A stretch of DNA of 64,000 bases from Paraphysomonas bandaiensis (Eukaryota > Protista > Chrysophyceae). The stretch covers positions 87,185 to 151,184 of the forward strand of contig CBFFRP010000276.1 in NCBI GenBank assembly GCA_965644295.1, in the 5' to 3' direction. Below, in pieces: positions 52,801 through 60,050 of this stretch. Under the pieces are notes generated by a model, which searched no databases, was not told the DNA's origin, and saw only the letters and a list, made by a program, of their open reading frames with translations. How positions within the stretch are numbered: position 1 is the first letter of the stretch; every line of letters starts with the position of its first letter. The position numbers and the translations under genes are program-made.

Positions 52801-52825
52801 CCATACAGAAGAAGCTGTACTTTGA
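40829..52825 (+). CDS. Giant single-exon cell-surface protein (3998 aa): signal peptide, ~1700-aa Pro/Thr repeat stalk, REJ/PKD-like region, EGF-like Cys domains, GPS-like motif, multiple TM helices
   Basis: Hydrophobic N-terminus; PTxxPT repeats; IDASSSYDED and NSPP..G.FAVNP..G....TEF.F....WED REJ-type motifs; CTNDCSGRGKC..CACNSGYGGSYC; TICTC before the first TM; several hydrophobic C-terminal segments. Confidence 0.85.
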   Translation: MVFSMFLLTAFAVSCVLTSCDVLSDSSTLYPTAYPTLGNDISSTEYYPASAQYSMSLPSFGSMHYGFSHEMSMPQQESMQYDFSIEYSFEGSLGFGDSFDFSYSIHFPPEHGESFPPTVSPTANPTLSPTANPSAEPFTVPTEHPTFFPTAYPTLNPTSYPTLSPTVDPTSMPTEHPTNFPTAFPTLSPTSLPTQDGETNPPTVSPTTDPTTEPTAYPTNSPTVSPTLSPTFYPTASPTSYPTAYPTATLSSIPTGFSMTDDASMDYGFSHEMSTPHEESMGYGFSFQDSHEFSTPHFSFSTDDDFSIPAHFPIAYPTVSPEHSTFSPTAYPILSPTSYPTVSPTVDPTADPTLSPTSYPTAYPTINPTSFPTVSPTLDPTSEPTENPTFFPTAYPTLSPTSLPTQDGETNPPTVSPTADPTANPTQYPTNYPTAYPTLSPTSYPTVPPTSDPTVSPTQYPTSYPTSYPTVTPTSYPTQYPTSSPTAYPTHSPTSYPTVSPTTDPSADPTPCPTNFPTAYPTLSPSSYPTVSPTANPTVDPTQNPTTYPTAYPTLTPTSYPTLSPTVEPTSMPTEHPTNFPTAFPTLSPTSLPTQDGETNPPTVSPTTDPTTEPTAYPTNSPTVSPTLSPTFYPTASPTSYPTAYPTATLSSIPTGFSMTDDASMDYGFSHEMSTPHEESMGYGFSFQDSHEFSTPHFSFSTDDDFSIPAHFPIAYPTVSPEHSTFSPTAYPILSPTSYPTVSPTVDPTADPTLSPTSYPTAYPTINPTSFPTVSPTLDPTSEPTENPTFFPTAYPTLSPTSLPTQDGETNPPTVSPTADPTANPTQYPTNYPTAYPTLSPTSYPTVPPTSDPTVSPTQYPTSYPTSYPTVTPTSYPTQYPTSSPTAYPTHSPTSYPTVSPTTDPTADPTPCPTNFPTAYPTLSPTSFPTVSPTANPTVDPTQNPTTYPTAYPTLTPTSYPTAYPTANPTFMPTEFPTNFPTAYPTLSPTSYPTVFPTVSPTADPTQYPTSFPTAYPTLSPTARPTVSGETNPPTVSPTADPTANPTQYPTSYPTAYPTLSPTSYPTVPPTSDPTVSPTQYPTSYPTSYPTVTPTSYPTQYPTSSPTAYPTHSPTSYPTVSPTTDPTADPTPCPTNFPTAYPTLSPTSFPTVSPTANPTVDPTQNPTTYPTAYPTLTPTSYPTAYPTANPTFMPTEFPTNFPTAYPTLSPTSYPTVFPTVSPTADPTQYPTSFPTAYPTLSPTARPTVSGETNPPTVSPTADPTANPTQYPTSYPTAYPTLSPTFHPTVTPTVDPTSMPTESPTFFPTSYPTSSPTPCPTVSPTTDPTVDPTQYPTQYPTLYPTLSPTSSPTASPTTDPTVDPSQYPTSFPTAYPTLSPTSYPTASPTADPTSMPTENPTFFPTAYPTLSPTARPTLTGETNYPTVSPTLFPTAFPTFSPTSYPTASPTTDPTAYPTQYPTSYPTAYPTLTPTLYPTVSPTVDPTSMPTEFPTNFPTAYPTLSPTSYPTVFPTVSPTADPTQYPTSFPTAYPTLSPTARPTLSGETNYPTASPTLFPTAFPTFSPTSYPTASPTTDPTASPTQYPTSYPTAYPTLTPTLYPTVSPTTDPTADPTQYPTNFPTAYPTLSPTARPTVSGETNPPTVSPTADPTADPTQYPTSYPTAYPTLSPTFHPTESPTANPTQFPTVLPTSSPTVAPTDFPTVNPTLFPTAFPTQLPTVSPTRTPTNLPTWSPTRVPTLFPTRVPTVTPTVSPTISQKPTSSPTFSPTKAPNFVSFPPTRSPTFKPTRFPTFSPTKMPTSSPTSAPSFSKGTVIENNVVDFLSDYVLEDAKRSVFSDFYSTGVKVSGGCDEWVSYVDDDIKTSLVVYKPVKLTFAATVEVEENIRNTTVVCEEGIADDIVSALTSTVVPANDTMTSYFCNNTYWNVGSCTSGNPAICINCTDPCSDTEALYSASCAERPSYDYVRVLLIDFAERDLPATVTDLFITSPSQTSLRVHLTFSDVKGAVVCAAYVEVLNFLPSAVGILAIQNDLLDLTNTYMEFDIPNLNAGTSYDVYCGTYSPLELPMEAKKMQELTGVNTTRCCRPLTVSLLVTSFTNVDDVSSALSIDTGEYPPVGLTVVLNVSYMNDTLTTPLIVHPFSPKSLSFSSSTAPSRVIGYTHSDPGRYIINITLSGVSANNFVIDYPIGNSFEVIDSNAEPPTPKIKEAVFGNQGTKVVVTFDSPTDQAGFPNSFPCVHLFQAAGIVSTSFCVWTSPVIAEVYVKGDSALKVGENITVKSGVLRAACTTDSCENWAYSTSHSMEVAAPLQPIIPIVAVTGPSIIGPCDDLPLDLSGSVGAGGRSWASVSFLVSSTPSDANISAILSYLTNVTDFTQPINVPHDILLPNYAFNIKVRMCNFLGTCGRDALPFVVSESDFIPVAVMNSDKLMSARRSNKLILSGDAYTSTCGGSKNIRNLTFTWQIYEGNKLLSDSAYKSISVNDKVFVLPKYTLSVGALYTVTLTVQHEISKKYASVSTQIVVEQGDIVAKISGGNEIGLRISESTTIDASSSYDEDYTGISGTAAGLSFIFLCRQISPSFKDDCGLDLTQTDGVLRVSVPHSNDEFLNTKHEIVVYCVHTTDLRSASVTVKLTIIPSLAALVAVSTNDGSRINPDKKLTLAGELEYQSAGTATWTVNDPYVDLSVASPVSKTFATPGGSVRTVMSMVILPNTLAEQSTYTFTLTVAIDGGHTTSSSVTVSTNSPPTPGVFAVNPKTGEEYNTEFSFTTSQWEDTDVPITYEFSYSSGGEFAVFQSRRQVSHSSSKLPAGPDNQDFQFYTRVQVFDVLDGTSSSFAIVRVTEADISTDNLADDLSGSFGGDTSDIKESTAIISDIVNAVECTNAPNCSTLNRNSCSRVKDTCGKCFGGYNGQNGHKNSRCFPPSSASTVLASSRSVYSTSCHSDADCDTTSFEVCSGGVCLVEQVSCTNDCSGRGKCSLISVYDPSVVRSSCTVLDTDCKAVCACNSGYGGSYCQHTTSELDDLKHIRHLLIQGFQTLMASENPSRDTVVAWVTGLAGVSIEPEGLSDESKELLVSLAEDIIEMAEDIGLVYEDLEGMDVILELAFSAYDGTRRRLSTSDNILQLVEAFTQFVFNDMAVGQLPIEVVTSLYRFGVTSLDGLGTAVVTVPLSDVESAANMHAQQIALPQNYDSTAYKVVLTEILPLILDSSVDPLYQSVPLSVQVENSICNSTGGDISQCNFTITLENFDFGNSVVFEAFAYETECFMGIESNHTYSCPSGVNTTAYCNGTVDGFIISNCSVHVPTSVCESIGSYIGECEVLDFSETDTICTCSLPGSNEDFEMSYVSYASSTLEHYDSYFVPRDDSSSDDSRVWIVFIMVFSLAAFLMYAVYVKCGRGMKKTAISRRFSDISESSGIVLLESSLSYIYRSQPFLLRFKELLCAHHQWFSVLFHKSHSYPTGLQLFSLWCKIVLVFFFEAIIYNFADKNESRCRDDNLTKSDCMSKTSFLALGEPLCEWNVNSEGDGVCRFREPDDDSMRTLFVAVLVGIIIVPLWYPVDYTIHNVLGIIKTGDARVAVTDEESAHQASPSGGYRPTGGSSRLADSSEDDFNDLIQGARQYASTLEGKAQTDFRAAWCLYGNDDENVIVKNELRETRQTYGEEIDFIESSSVPDVQKSRALLYLFVADFLTGSSHAVFKAVHERKRHRPVESSISQKLLGWNFLGFANLGLLVYVMMFWYRQSYERQFAFFVSFMIWLMLDVFVVTMLMFIWFHIALPLWAHADVKRAVTKVQRVIKSSGGTSSVSSFNAAKYLFASHRLALLAPTLEESAAILRYSTVWPRHCALSERGGQVVREKCTSGLVNSLVLKLTGMHILLQDVLVALVLSFLVGGLSLIHVEIYRIQQGYAAIPIALIFLLLIIYSYCYLAMKPTSMDTTPVIPDDSPQNEERPVQSSQTDEDSVQGKTSKKIKKKKSSCRDIVLGPLRVPPSRSNVHTEEAVL
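41170..46260 (+). repeat. Coding PT-tetrapeptide repeat region with 1200-bp and 663-bp near-perfect internal duplications
   Basis: Identical off-frame ORFs at 41418/42618, 41610/42810 and 42051/43251 (offset 1200); 43251/43914 (offset 663). Confidence 0.9.
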
Positions 52826-53242
52826 TTGTAGTGAGATATTTCCTAGTCAATTTAACAGATGAAAGTGATTGGGATTATCTTCGATTGAAACGAAATATAA
52901 GTATATTTTCAAGTAATAATAACGATAAAGTATTGTACCTTCAGAGCGTATTGTGTTTTGGTCTTTGAGGGTCTATTCTCCCAGAGGAATAAATACAACG
53001 TTTTTGACGTTGGAATTGTGTCGTTGATTGGCATCAAAAACTTATCTTTGTGTAGAAGAACTATACGTTTACATGCAGTATGTGTCAATATATGGTAGTG
53101 TACATTAAGTGGGATTCGATAGTAAATAATCAATCATGCATACAGCCTATGAAACCCACGAGCACTAATGCGGTCAGGAGGATATCGGAACAAGTACTGT
53201 TGTGAACAACTTCTAATGGCTACGTAAGATGCAAGTTTCATC

Positions 53243-53536
53243 TATTAGAATATGGATCTTATTCTAGTATATTCAGTATGTCACTTGAAGACAATGTACG
53301 AGAATACAGTGAAATATAGTGATGTACAAATGCTGTGATGATATTGAGAAACTGAAATAGGTTGACCTTTCAAGATATGTTCAGTAACGAGAGGTTCGCA
53401 TATGTAGGATATTATGCAGGGATTATAATGAGTTAGTGTTGGTTATCACAACTTCGTGTAAACGATATTAATAAATCTATCTAGTCTTACGACAAATTCT
53501 CTCTGTGATCTAGTGTAAAATGAGCGTTTCTCAACA
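53243..53536 (+). repeat. 5' LTR (TA...CA)
   Basis: Identical by eye to 58457-58750. Confidence 0.95.
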
Positions 53537-56500
53537 TGGTAGCGAGCGAGGAGGAGAGAAGGAGGATAGAGGAGTAGTGCCACAGTTTAATGAGAGCAAT
53601 GTTGAACAATGGATTGAGGACTTCGAAACATTCCTCATGAGGAAAGAGCAAAGTGAAGTAGCGGTGGAGCCACCACCGAAGGAAAGCGACTTTGGGGAAC
53701 AGCCACTCACGTTAATGGAGGAGAAGTCTTACAGACAGGCTGTGAAGAAGTACTGGAAGGCGAATGCCATAGCGTATTCGTACTGCAGAGAGGCAGTGCA
53801 AACATCTTCGAAGGCGCTTCAGAAATTCCATCTTCTACATAAAGGGTTCAAGGCTGATGGAAAAGGAAGCAACAGGTTTAAGGCGCATATTATGATTGAT
53901 GAGTTGAAGAAGTGCTTTGCTGGAGGGAAGCAAAACAAGATCAGTGAACTGTTGACTCAGTATGGCTCTTTCCGTATGCGTCCGGAGGAGACTGCGAAGG
54001 ACTATATAATACGGTTTGAAATACTGCTGAAAGAGCTACAGGAGCAGCAGCAGGACATATCGGAGCTCTCAAAAATAACACGGTTACGAGAAGGTCTGTT
54101 GAATGAAGAATATGCTCCTCTGAATGTTGCTTTGTATTTGATGCCTGATGATGTTGATTATGCAACATTATCAAGGAAGATAGAACGGTATGATGATACC
54201 ATTCCTGGAAGGATTGCGTTAGAGCGGAAACGCAAGAAGGTGGAGGAGCTGAATTTCATTGAAAAGAGCAAACGGTCTCGAACGGAACGGGATAAGCGTA
54301 AGAAGGGCAACTGTAGATATTGCAGGAAAGAAGGAATTCCTCATAGCCATTCAACTGAACAGTGCAGGAGGAAGCAGAGGAAGAAGGATGGAGAGATATC
54401 AGGGCAGCGTCCTGGAAGTGCTGAGTACACGGGATGCAGAAATTGCAAGTCTCTGGAACATCTTGCTGCTGATTGTCCAACGACGAAGAAAAAGCATTCT
54501 AGAAGAGGAGAGAAAGGGAAGAATCATGGTAGGAAGCCGGACAAAAGGCTGCTGACAGTAGAGAATATACGGCGTGGAGAACCAGCAGATTTCTCTGATG
54601 AAGATGAAGCTAATATGATCGAGGATGTTATGAAATTGTCATGCAATATACATGAAACGAATATATGTAGTGTAAATGATGACATGCATTATACATATAT
54701 TGACACCTGCTGTTCATCATCAATGTTCTTGATGAATGATGTGACCATGCTTGACACTCATATGAATACATCAAAGGTGATAAACGGATCTAAGAAGGGA
54801 TCAGAGATTCATATCACAAGTGTGGGTTCCCGTGGAGCATGGAGAGACATAGAAATTTCAGATCAGATCAATCGATGCCTGTGCTCCGGACGTAAGCTGA
54901 ACGAAATGGGCTATCGATTCACGGTGTGGTATGGGATCCAAATTTATGACTGTAATACTGGTGAACTGGTACTGGAGGGACCCATGAAGAATGGAATGAC
55001 TGCAGTTCCAACTCAGCAGCTGTTGGAGCTTCCAGATGTGTCTACACCGAGTAATTGTGAAGTAAATCTTAGCGATAGGACTGGTGAGGACGAGCTGGAG
55101 TTGCTGCATCGGAGAGCGGGTCACTTCAACAAACATGCTTTAGTGGAGGCACATAAGAGGATGCTCATCATGGGTACAGGGTTGAAACGAAAACACCTCA
55201 CAGCCAAGGTACACAAAAATCAGTGTTTGTGTGATGTGTGTGCCAGGTCTAAGATAACCCGAGTCAGCTTCCGAACGAAGGACGAGAATTCCGTTAGACC
55301 GAATTTTTCAGCAGATATCGCTGTGTACTTAAATTGTCCTGCTAGAGGAGGTGAGAGGTATGTGTTAAAGATAACGCATCATGCCAGCAAAATGTTCTGG
55401 GCGACGGGTTTAGTCCACAGAACTGGGGAAGCAGTCTTAGAAGTCTTCAAAGAGCTATTTAGAGGAGATGTTAAAAGGTACAAGCTCAAGATGGAGCACT
55501 ATCATGCAGATGGTGCACGAGAGTTAATCAGTGAAGAGCTGCGTCAGTATCTTAGGACACAGGAGTGCTATCAACATACGTGGAGCTCAACAGACTCTCC
55601 AGAAATGAATGCCATAGAGGAGAGGAAGTTCAGAACTGCTGGAGAGATGACTCTTGCAATGTTAATCCAATCTGGACTGCCACCGCAATTTTGGCTGGAT
55701 GCATACATGGCAGCCAGATATATTTTGATTCGATTGCCAACGAAAACAGATAAAGGGTATATGTCTCCTATAGAGTTTCTAACGGGCGAGCCTCCAAATT
55801 TGAGATATCTTAGGGTATGGGGGTGTCGAACTTATGTTCTTTCACCGAAGGCGGATCGACGAAAGGATTGGGAGGATAATGCTCTAGTTGGATATTTAAT
55901 GGGTTACTCTGATGAGAAGGTAGGATACCATGTATATCTTCCTGAATCAAACAAGGTGGTGACTACAGTCCATATATTGACTGATGAGTCAACGCCATCA
56001 CGATCAGAAAAGTATTTCGCAGAGATTGATGCTCTTCGAGTGCGGGAGGCCGCTAGACCCAAGCTTGCATCCGACTATGTCAGCTTAGAAGGAACGTATC
56101 ATATTGATGATGAGGACGGACTTCTGTATAAGACAACAAGAGTTGTAGAACGTAAGGGTGTGATTGTAGCATACCGTTCACTTGTTACTGCAGGTCGCGA
56201 GCATATAGAGCACCGGGTGCCTATACACGTCGAAGACGTGGTGCGTATGACTGCAGAAACCCCCGGGAATACCGGGTACATAGGAAAGGGGGACGCCCTG
56301 AGTACTACGCCAGCCAGGGAGCTGGACCAGGGAAGACCTGGAGGGTTCCAGGAGAGTCCCGACCCAACCTGTCAACAGACAGTCGTGAGGTTGCAGACCT
56401 TGACAGACCATGGGTCTGGGGATGCGAGCGGGGCTCCTCCCACACCGCAAGATTTGCGGGCTCAGGATGAGCAAGGTATGGGTTTGTATATAACTACTAG

Positions 56501-56645
56501 ACGACCTATTGAACTAGATGGTGATGGTCGTGTACGGCGGAAACGGCTACAGCGTAGGTTGGCGAACGCATCGGTGTTAGGAGAAATAAATATGGTTGAG
56601 GTGCCAGATGCATGCACTGTTAACTTTAAACATGCAGAGTTTTAA
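53520..56645 (+). CDS. Copia gag-protease-integrase
   Basis: Zinc knuckles CRYC..H..C and CRNCKSLEHLAADC, protease-like YIDTCCS, HRRAGH..CDVC, D-D-E core (SAD, HADG, EERK), LRVWGC. Confidence 0.93.
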   Translation: MSVSQHGSERGGEKEDRGVVPQFNESNVEQWIEDFETFLMRKEQSEVAVEPPPKESDFGEQPLTLMEEKSYRQAVKKYWKANAIAYSYCREAVQTSSKALQKFHLLHKGFKADGKGSNRFKAHIMIDELKKCFAGGKQNKISELLTQYGSFRMRPEETAKDYIIRFEILLKELQEQQQDISELSKITRLREGLLNEEYAPLNVALYLMPDDVDYATLSRKIERYDDTIPGRIALERKRKKVEELNFIEKSKRSRTERDKRKKGNCRYCRKEGIPHSHSTEQCRRKQRKKDGEISGQRPGSAEYTGCRNCKSLEHLAADCPTTKKKHSRRGEKGKNHGRKPDKRLLTVENIRRGEPADFSDEDEANMIEDVMKLSCNIHETNICSVNDDMHYTYIDTCCSSSMFLMNDVTMLDTHMNTSKVINGSKKGSEIHITSVGSRGAWRDIEISDQINRCLCSGRKLNEMGYRFTVWYGIQIYDCNTGELVLEGPMKNGMTAVPTQQLLELPDVSTPSNCEVNLSDRTGEDELELLHRRAGHFNKHALVEAHKRMLIMGTGLKRKHLTAKVHKNQCLCDVCARSKITRVSFRTKDENSVRPNFSADIAVYLNCPARGGERYVLKITHHASKMFWATGLVHRTGEAVLEVFKELFRGDVKRYKLKMEHYHADGARELISEELRQYLRTQECYQHTWSSTDSPEMNAIEERKFRTAGEMTLAMLIQSGLPPQFWLDAYMAARYILIRLPTKTDKGYMSPIEFLTGEPPNLRYLRVWGCRTYVLSPKADRRKDWEDNALVGYLMGYSDEKVGYHVYLPESNKVVTTVHILTDESTPSRSEKYFAEIDALRVREAARPKLASDYVSLEGTYHIDDEDGLLYKTTRVVERKGVIVAYRSLVTAGREHIEHRVPIHVEDVVRMTAETPGNTGYIGKGDALSTTPARELDQGRPGGFQESPDPTCQQTVVRLQTLTDHGSGDASGAPPTPQDLRAQDEQGMGLYITTRRPIELDGDGRVRRKRLQRRLANASVLGEINMVEVPDACTVNFKHAEF
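53537..53551 (+). promoter_or_regulatory. Primer-binding site, probably initiator tRNA-Met
   Basis: TGGTAGCGAGCGAGG directly after the LTR; implies a tRNA 3' end ..GCUCGCU-A-CCA with U72, as in initiator tRNAs (Ty1 PBS begins TGGTAGCG). Confidence 0.7.
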
Positions 56646-58277
56646 CATGATGATTTTAAGACACCAGACTCCTATGCTGAAGCAGAGAGATCTCCACAGT
56701 ACATGAAGTGGAGAGAAGCTCGGAAGGTGGAGAAGACCTCACTACTGAAGAGACGTGTCTTAAAGATTGTGCGGACTCCACGAGGAGTGAAGTTGGTGCG
56801 AGCAAAGTATGTTCACACGGTGAAGAGAGACCTTCTGGGGAACGTAGTCAAGTATAAGGCGCGGCTGGTTGCATTAGGGAATCTACAAGAAAAAACGGAG
56901 GAGGAGCAGTCCACGTTTGCTCCAGTGGTCAAAGGAATAACCATTCGACTGGTTCTTGCAATTGCCTTTATGTTTCATATGCATGTACATCAGTTGGACG
57001 TATCATCAGCGTTTTGTTATGCCGATCTTGAAGAGGATGTGTATATGGCACCTCCACCTGATGAAGAGTTGCCAGCGGGGTGGTGTTTTCAATTGATCAA
57101 GGCCTTATATGGTTTGCGGTCATCACCGAGGCAGTGGAACAAGCATATTGACAAGTTTATCAAATCGTTACATTTTACTGCTTGCATTTTAGATACATGC
57201 TTGTATATGCGATGGAGTAATGGTCAATTGCACTTATTGCTGATATATGTTGATGATATTATCATTGCATCTGCTGATCTCACCTACTTAGAAAGTGTTA
57301 AACGTAGGTTCTGCGAAACGTTTGAAATGCATGATCTGGGTGTGTGCAAACGGTTTCTGAATATCAGAATCACGAGAGGCGAGGACTGGTACATGTTAGA
57401 TCAATCGGAATATGCCAAGAATATTGTCAAGAAATTCAGTTCGTTTATGGGAAAGAGCAGTAAGAATAAGGAGACTCCACTACCTACCAATGTTCAGGAC
57501 TTGTTGGCAGAGCAACGTGAGCTGACGGAGGAGCAGAAGCAGTGGGTCGAATCATTTCCGTATAGAGGAATTATTGGAGCGGTGTTGCATTTGGCGATTC
57601 ACACTAGACCTGATTTGGCTTACGCTGTGGGGTTATTGGCTCGATTTAGTACTTCTCCAACATATGCGACTTGCAGATTAGCTATTCATTTGTTGAAATA
57701 TTTACGTGGTACAGTTGATAAGGGAATCAGATTCAGTGGGAGTGAGTTTGATTTACATGTATTCAGTGATTCAGACTGGGCTGGGGATAGGATGACTCGG
57801 CGATCCACAACGGGATACATCGTGTTTTTATGTGCGGGCGCATTGGCCTGGCAGTCCAAGCTTCAGACCACAGTTGCGACTTCGAGCATGGAATCTGAGT
57901 ATATGGCGGAGTATGCGGCTTTGCAAGAACTGGTGTGGCTTCGGGGGGTGTTCAAGGAGCTCGGACTCTTGGTAACGAAGCCGACTCCATTCTTTATGGA
58001 TAGTAAGAGTGCAAAGGATCTTTCAGAGAATCCAGTGTATCATAAGAGGTCGAAGCATATTGACATAAAGTATCACTGGATAAGAGAACATGTTAATGGC
58101 AAATTTCCTACAGCAAAATTGATTCATGTATCTACGGATGATATGGCGGCTGATATTTTTACAAAGGCGTTGTCCACGAAGATCTTCAGTTGTCATGAGA
58201 AAACGATTACCGGGGTTAAGAGGAGTGTGTCTAACAGTGTGGAGGAGCAGCAGAAGAAACGACCCCGAAGAGGTTAA
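56646..58277 (+). CDS. Copia reverse transcriptase-RNase H (same frame as the upstream ORF, after a single TAA)
   Basis: KARLVALG, QLDVSSAF, KALYGLRSSPRQW, LIYVDD, FSDSDWAG, KHIDIKYH; first ATG at 56703. Confidence 0.93.
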   Translation, partial: HDDFKTPDSYAEAERSPQYMKWREARKVEKTSLLKRRVLKIVRTPRGVKLVRAKYVHTVKRDLLGNVVKYKARLVALGNLQEKTEEEQSTFAPVVKGITIRLVLAIAFMFHMHVHQLDVSSAFCYADLEEDVYMAPPPDEELPAGWCFQLIKALYGLRSSPRQWNKHIDKFIKSLHFTACILDTCLYMRWSNGQLHLLLIYVDDIIIASADLTYLESVKRRFCETFEMHDLGVCKRFLNIRITRGEDWYMLDQSEYAKNIVKKFSSFMGKSSKNKETPLPTNVQDLLAEQRELTEEQKQWVESFPYRGIIGAVLHLAIHTRPDLAYAVGLLARFSTSPTYATCRLAIHLLKYLRGTVDKGIRFSGSEFDLHVFSDSDWAGDRMTRRSTTGYIVFLCAGALAWQSKLQTTVATSSMESEYMAEYAALQELVWLRGVFKELGLLVTKPTPFFMDSKSAKDLSENPVYHKRSKHIDIKYHWIREHVNGKFPTAKLIHVSTDDMAADIFTKALSTKIFSCHEKTITGVKRSVSNSVEEQQKKRPRRG

Positions 58278-58445
58278 AGGTGTGTTTTAGTGGGTGAAAA
58301 TCCCACATAACTGTATATCTAGTTGACTGCTAGGTATATATGTATCTTTAAAAGATTTCACATCTGTTTTTACCTATGGGACTAGATAGTCATAGCATTA
58401 TCAGATTATTGTGATCACTGTTGTTTTGTCTCACTGCATTCTACA

Positions 58446-58456
58446 TTGAGTGGGAG
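58446..58456 (+). promoter_or_regulatory. Polypurine tract
   Basis: TTGAGTGGGAG immediately before the 3' LTR. Confidence 0.75.
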
Positions 58457-58750
58457 TATTAGAATATGGATCTTATTCTAGTATATTCAGTATGTCACTT
58501 GAAGACAATGTACGAGAATACAGTGAAATATAGTGATGTACAAATGCTGTGATGATATTGAGAAACTGAAATAGGTTGACCTTTCAAGATATGTTCAGTA
58601 ACGAGAGGTTCGCATATGTAGGATATTATGCAGGGATTATAATGAGTTAGTGTTGGTTATCACAACTTCGTGTAAACGATATTAATAAATCTATCTAGTC
58701 TTACGACAAATTCTCTCTGTGATCTAGTGTAAAATGAGCGTTTCTCAACA
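58457..58750 (+). repeat. 3' LTR
   Basis: Identical to the 5' LTR; followed by TSD TCATC. Confidence 0.95.
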
Positions 58751-58850
58751 TCATCAAAATACGTGGCAAGTAGCTAGCATAATAATTTTGATAAACAGAC
58801 CACATTTTGGTCAGAAGAATTTACGAGAACTTTCTTCGAAATCTCCTTAC

Positions 58851-60050
58851 CAGGGCTGCGTATCATTTAATTGTCAATTATTGATATCGCAATAATTGAA
58901 ATTGGGACATCGATTCATAATTGCAATTATAATTGACTCCAGCTAGCTTCAATTAATTGATATTATAAAAACCACTTTTTCATGCTGAAAAGTTGTTTAA
59001 AGAAACGGCATTTTTAGTGAAAAAATCGAATTTGTAGGATAAAAATCGAAGATTGGCGAAAGACTATAATATTCATAGGATTATCGCACATAGTAATTCA
59101 TTTATTTAATTAGCGATAGGAGCGACAAACTGGCACCAGAAGTCATTGCACGAGTGTTATTTTAGAAAGTAAATGATAATAACGAAGAGGCTGCGATAGA
59201 GATTTGTCCTGCAGGAAAAGAGGCTCCACATCTTCCGTGATTGATCGCTACTTGCTTCTATCTAATAATATGCGATCATTCGAGTTTGGTTCCGACGTGT
59301 TAAAAGTCTAATTGTAGGACTATCCACCTGTATATATGTATATTATGTCCTGCATTATATAAATAAGTGTAGTACAATTACAGAAGTAAGGTTAGCACCA
59401 GCTTGACTTCCACGACGTTTGTACATTGATCGACGAACCCTTCATAATTCACCCGATAGTTGAGCGTCATCTGGGCGACAGTGCAGCTATTATTCATAAC
59501 GCTGCTTTCGAAAAGGCAGTCGTGAAGATTCAACGTGGCAACGAAAAGCCGTAACTCGGACGGCAAAGGATCAAACTAAAATATATTTGTTCGATGAGGA
59601 AGAAGATGATTATGACGGTGCGAGTCTAGCTTCGAATGACGACGCAGCGCAACGTTTGTTTGATGGTAGCAGGCAGCGGAAGCGAGCAAGACTTCACCAG
59701 CAAACTCGTTATGGATAAAAAAATGCATAGCACAACCAATAAGGTTGAGAGGTTGTTCAGTAGAGCTTGCGCAAGAGCTTGACTCCTCAACATTAATTGC
59801 TAATTATGTTTTTACGCATGATTCGTGCCTCTGGAATGAAATGACAGTTGAGGTAGCTATATTCGCAGCTAGTGTATTTTAGTACTAAATAATTGAAATA
59901 CTTGAAATTGAGACAGCAAGTAATAATTGCAATTATAATTGACTACAACCTGCGTCAATTAAATGTCAATTATTGAAATTGCAATAATTGAAATGGGGAC
60001 ATCAAATCATTATTGTAATTATAATTGACTCCAGCTAGCTTCAATTAATT
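58851..60050 (+). mobile_element. Degenerate hAT-like element (related family)
   Basis: Starts CAGGGCTGCGT (cf. CAGGCTTGCGT); CAATTA/TAATTG-rich subterminal blocks directly repeated at ~58857-58960 and ~59950-60050; remnant HNAAFEKAVVKIQRG at ~59495-59540; right TIR not found. Confidence 0.6.

Larger units (their letters stand above)
53243..58750 (+). mobile_element. Full-length Ty1/Copia LTR retrotransposon
   Basis: Identical 294-bp LTRs, 5-bp TSD TCATC, PBS, PPT, gag-PR-INT-RT-RH order. Confidence 0.97.

Noticed and set aside
41112-52862. Many short off-frame and antisense ORFs within the giant gene
   Set aside because: Shadow ORFs from repetitive or biased codon usage; no coding motifs
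56643-56645. Alternative genetic code (TAA read as sense)
   Set aside because: TAA, TAG and TGA all terminate conserved genes in this window and none interrupts the 3998-codon ORF
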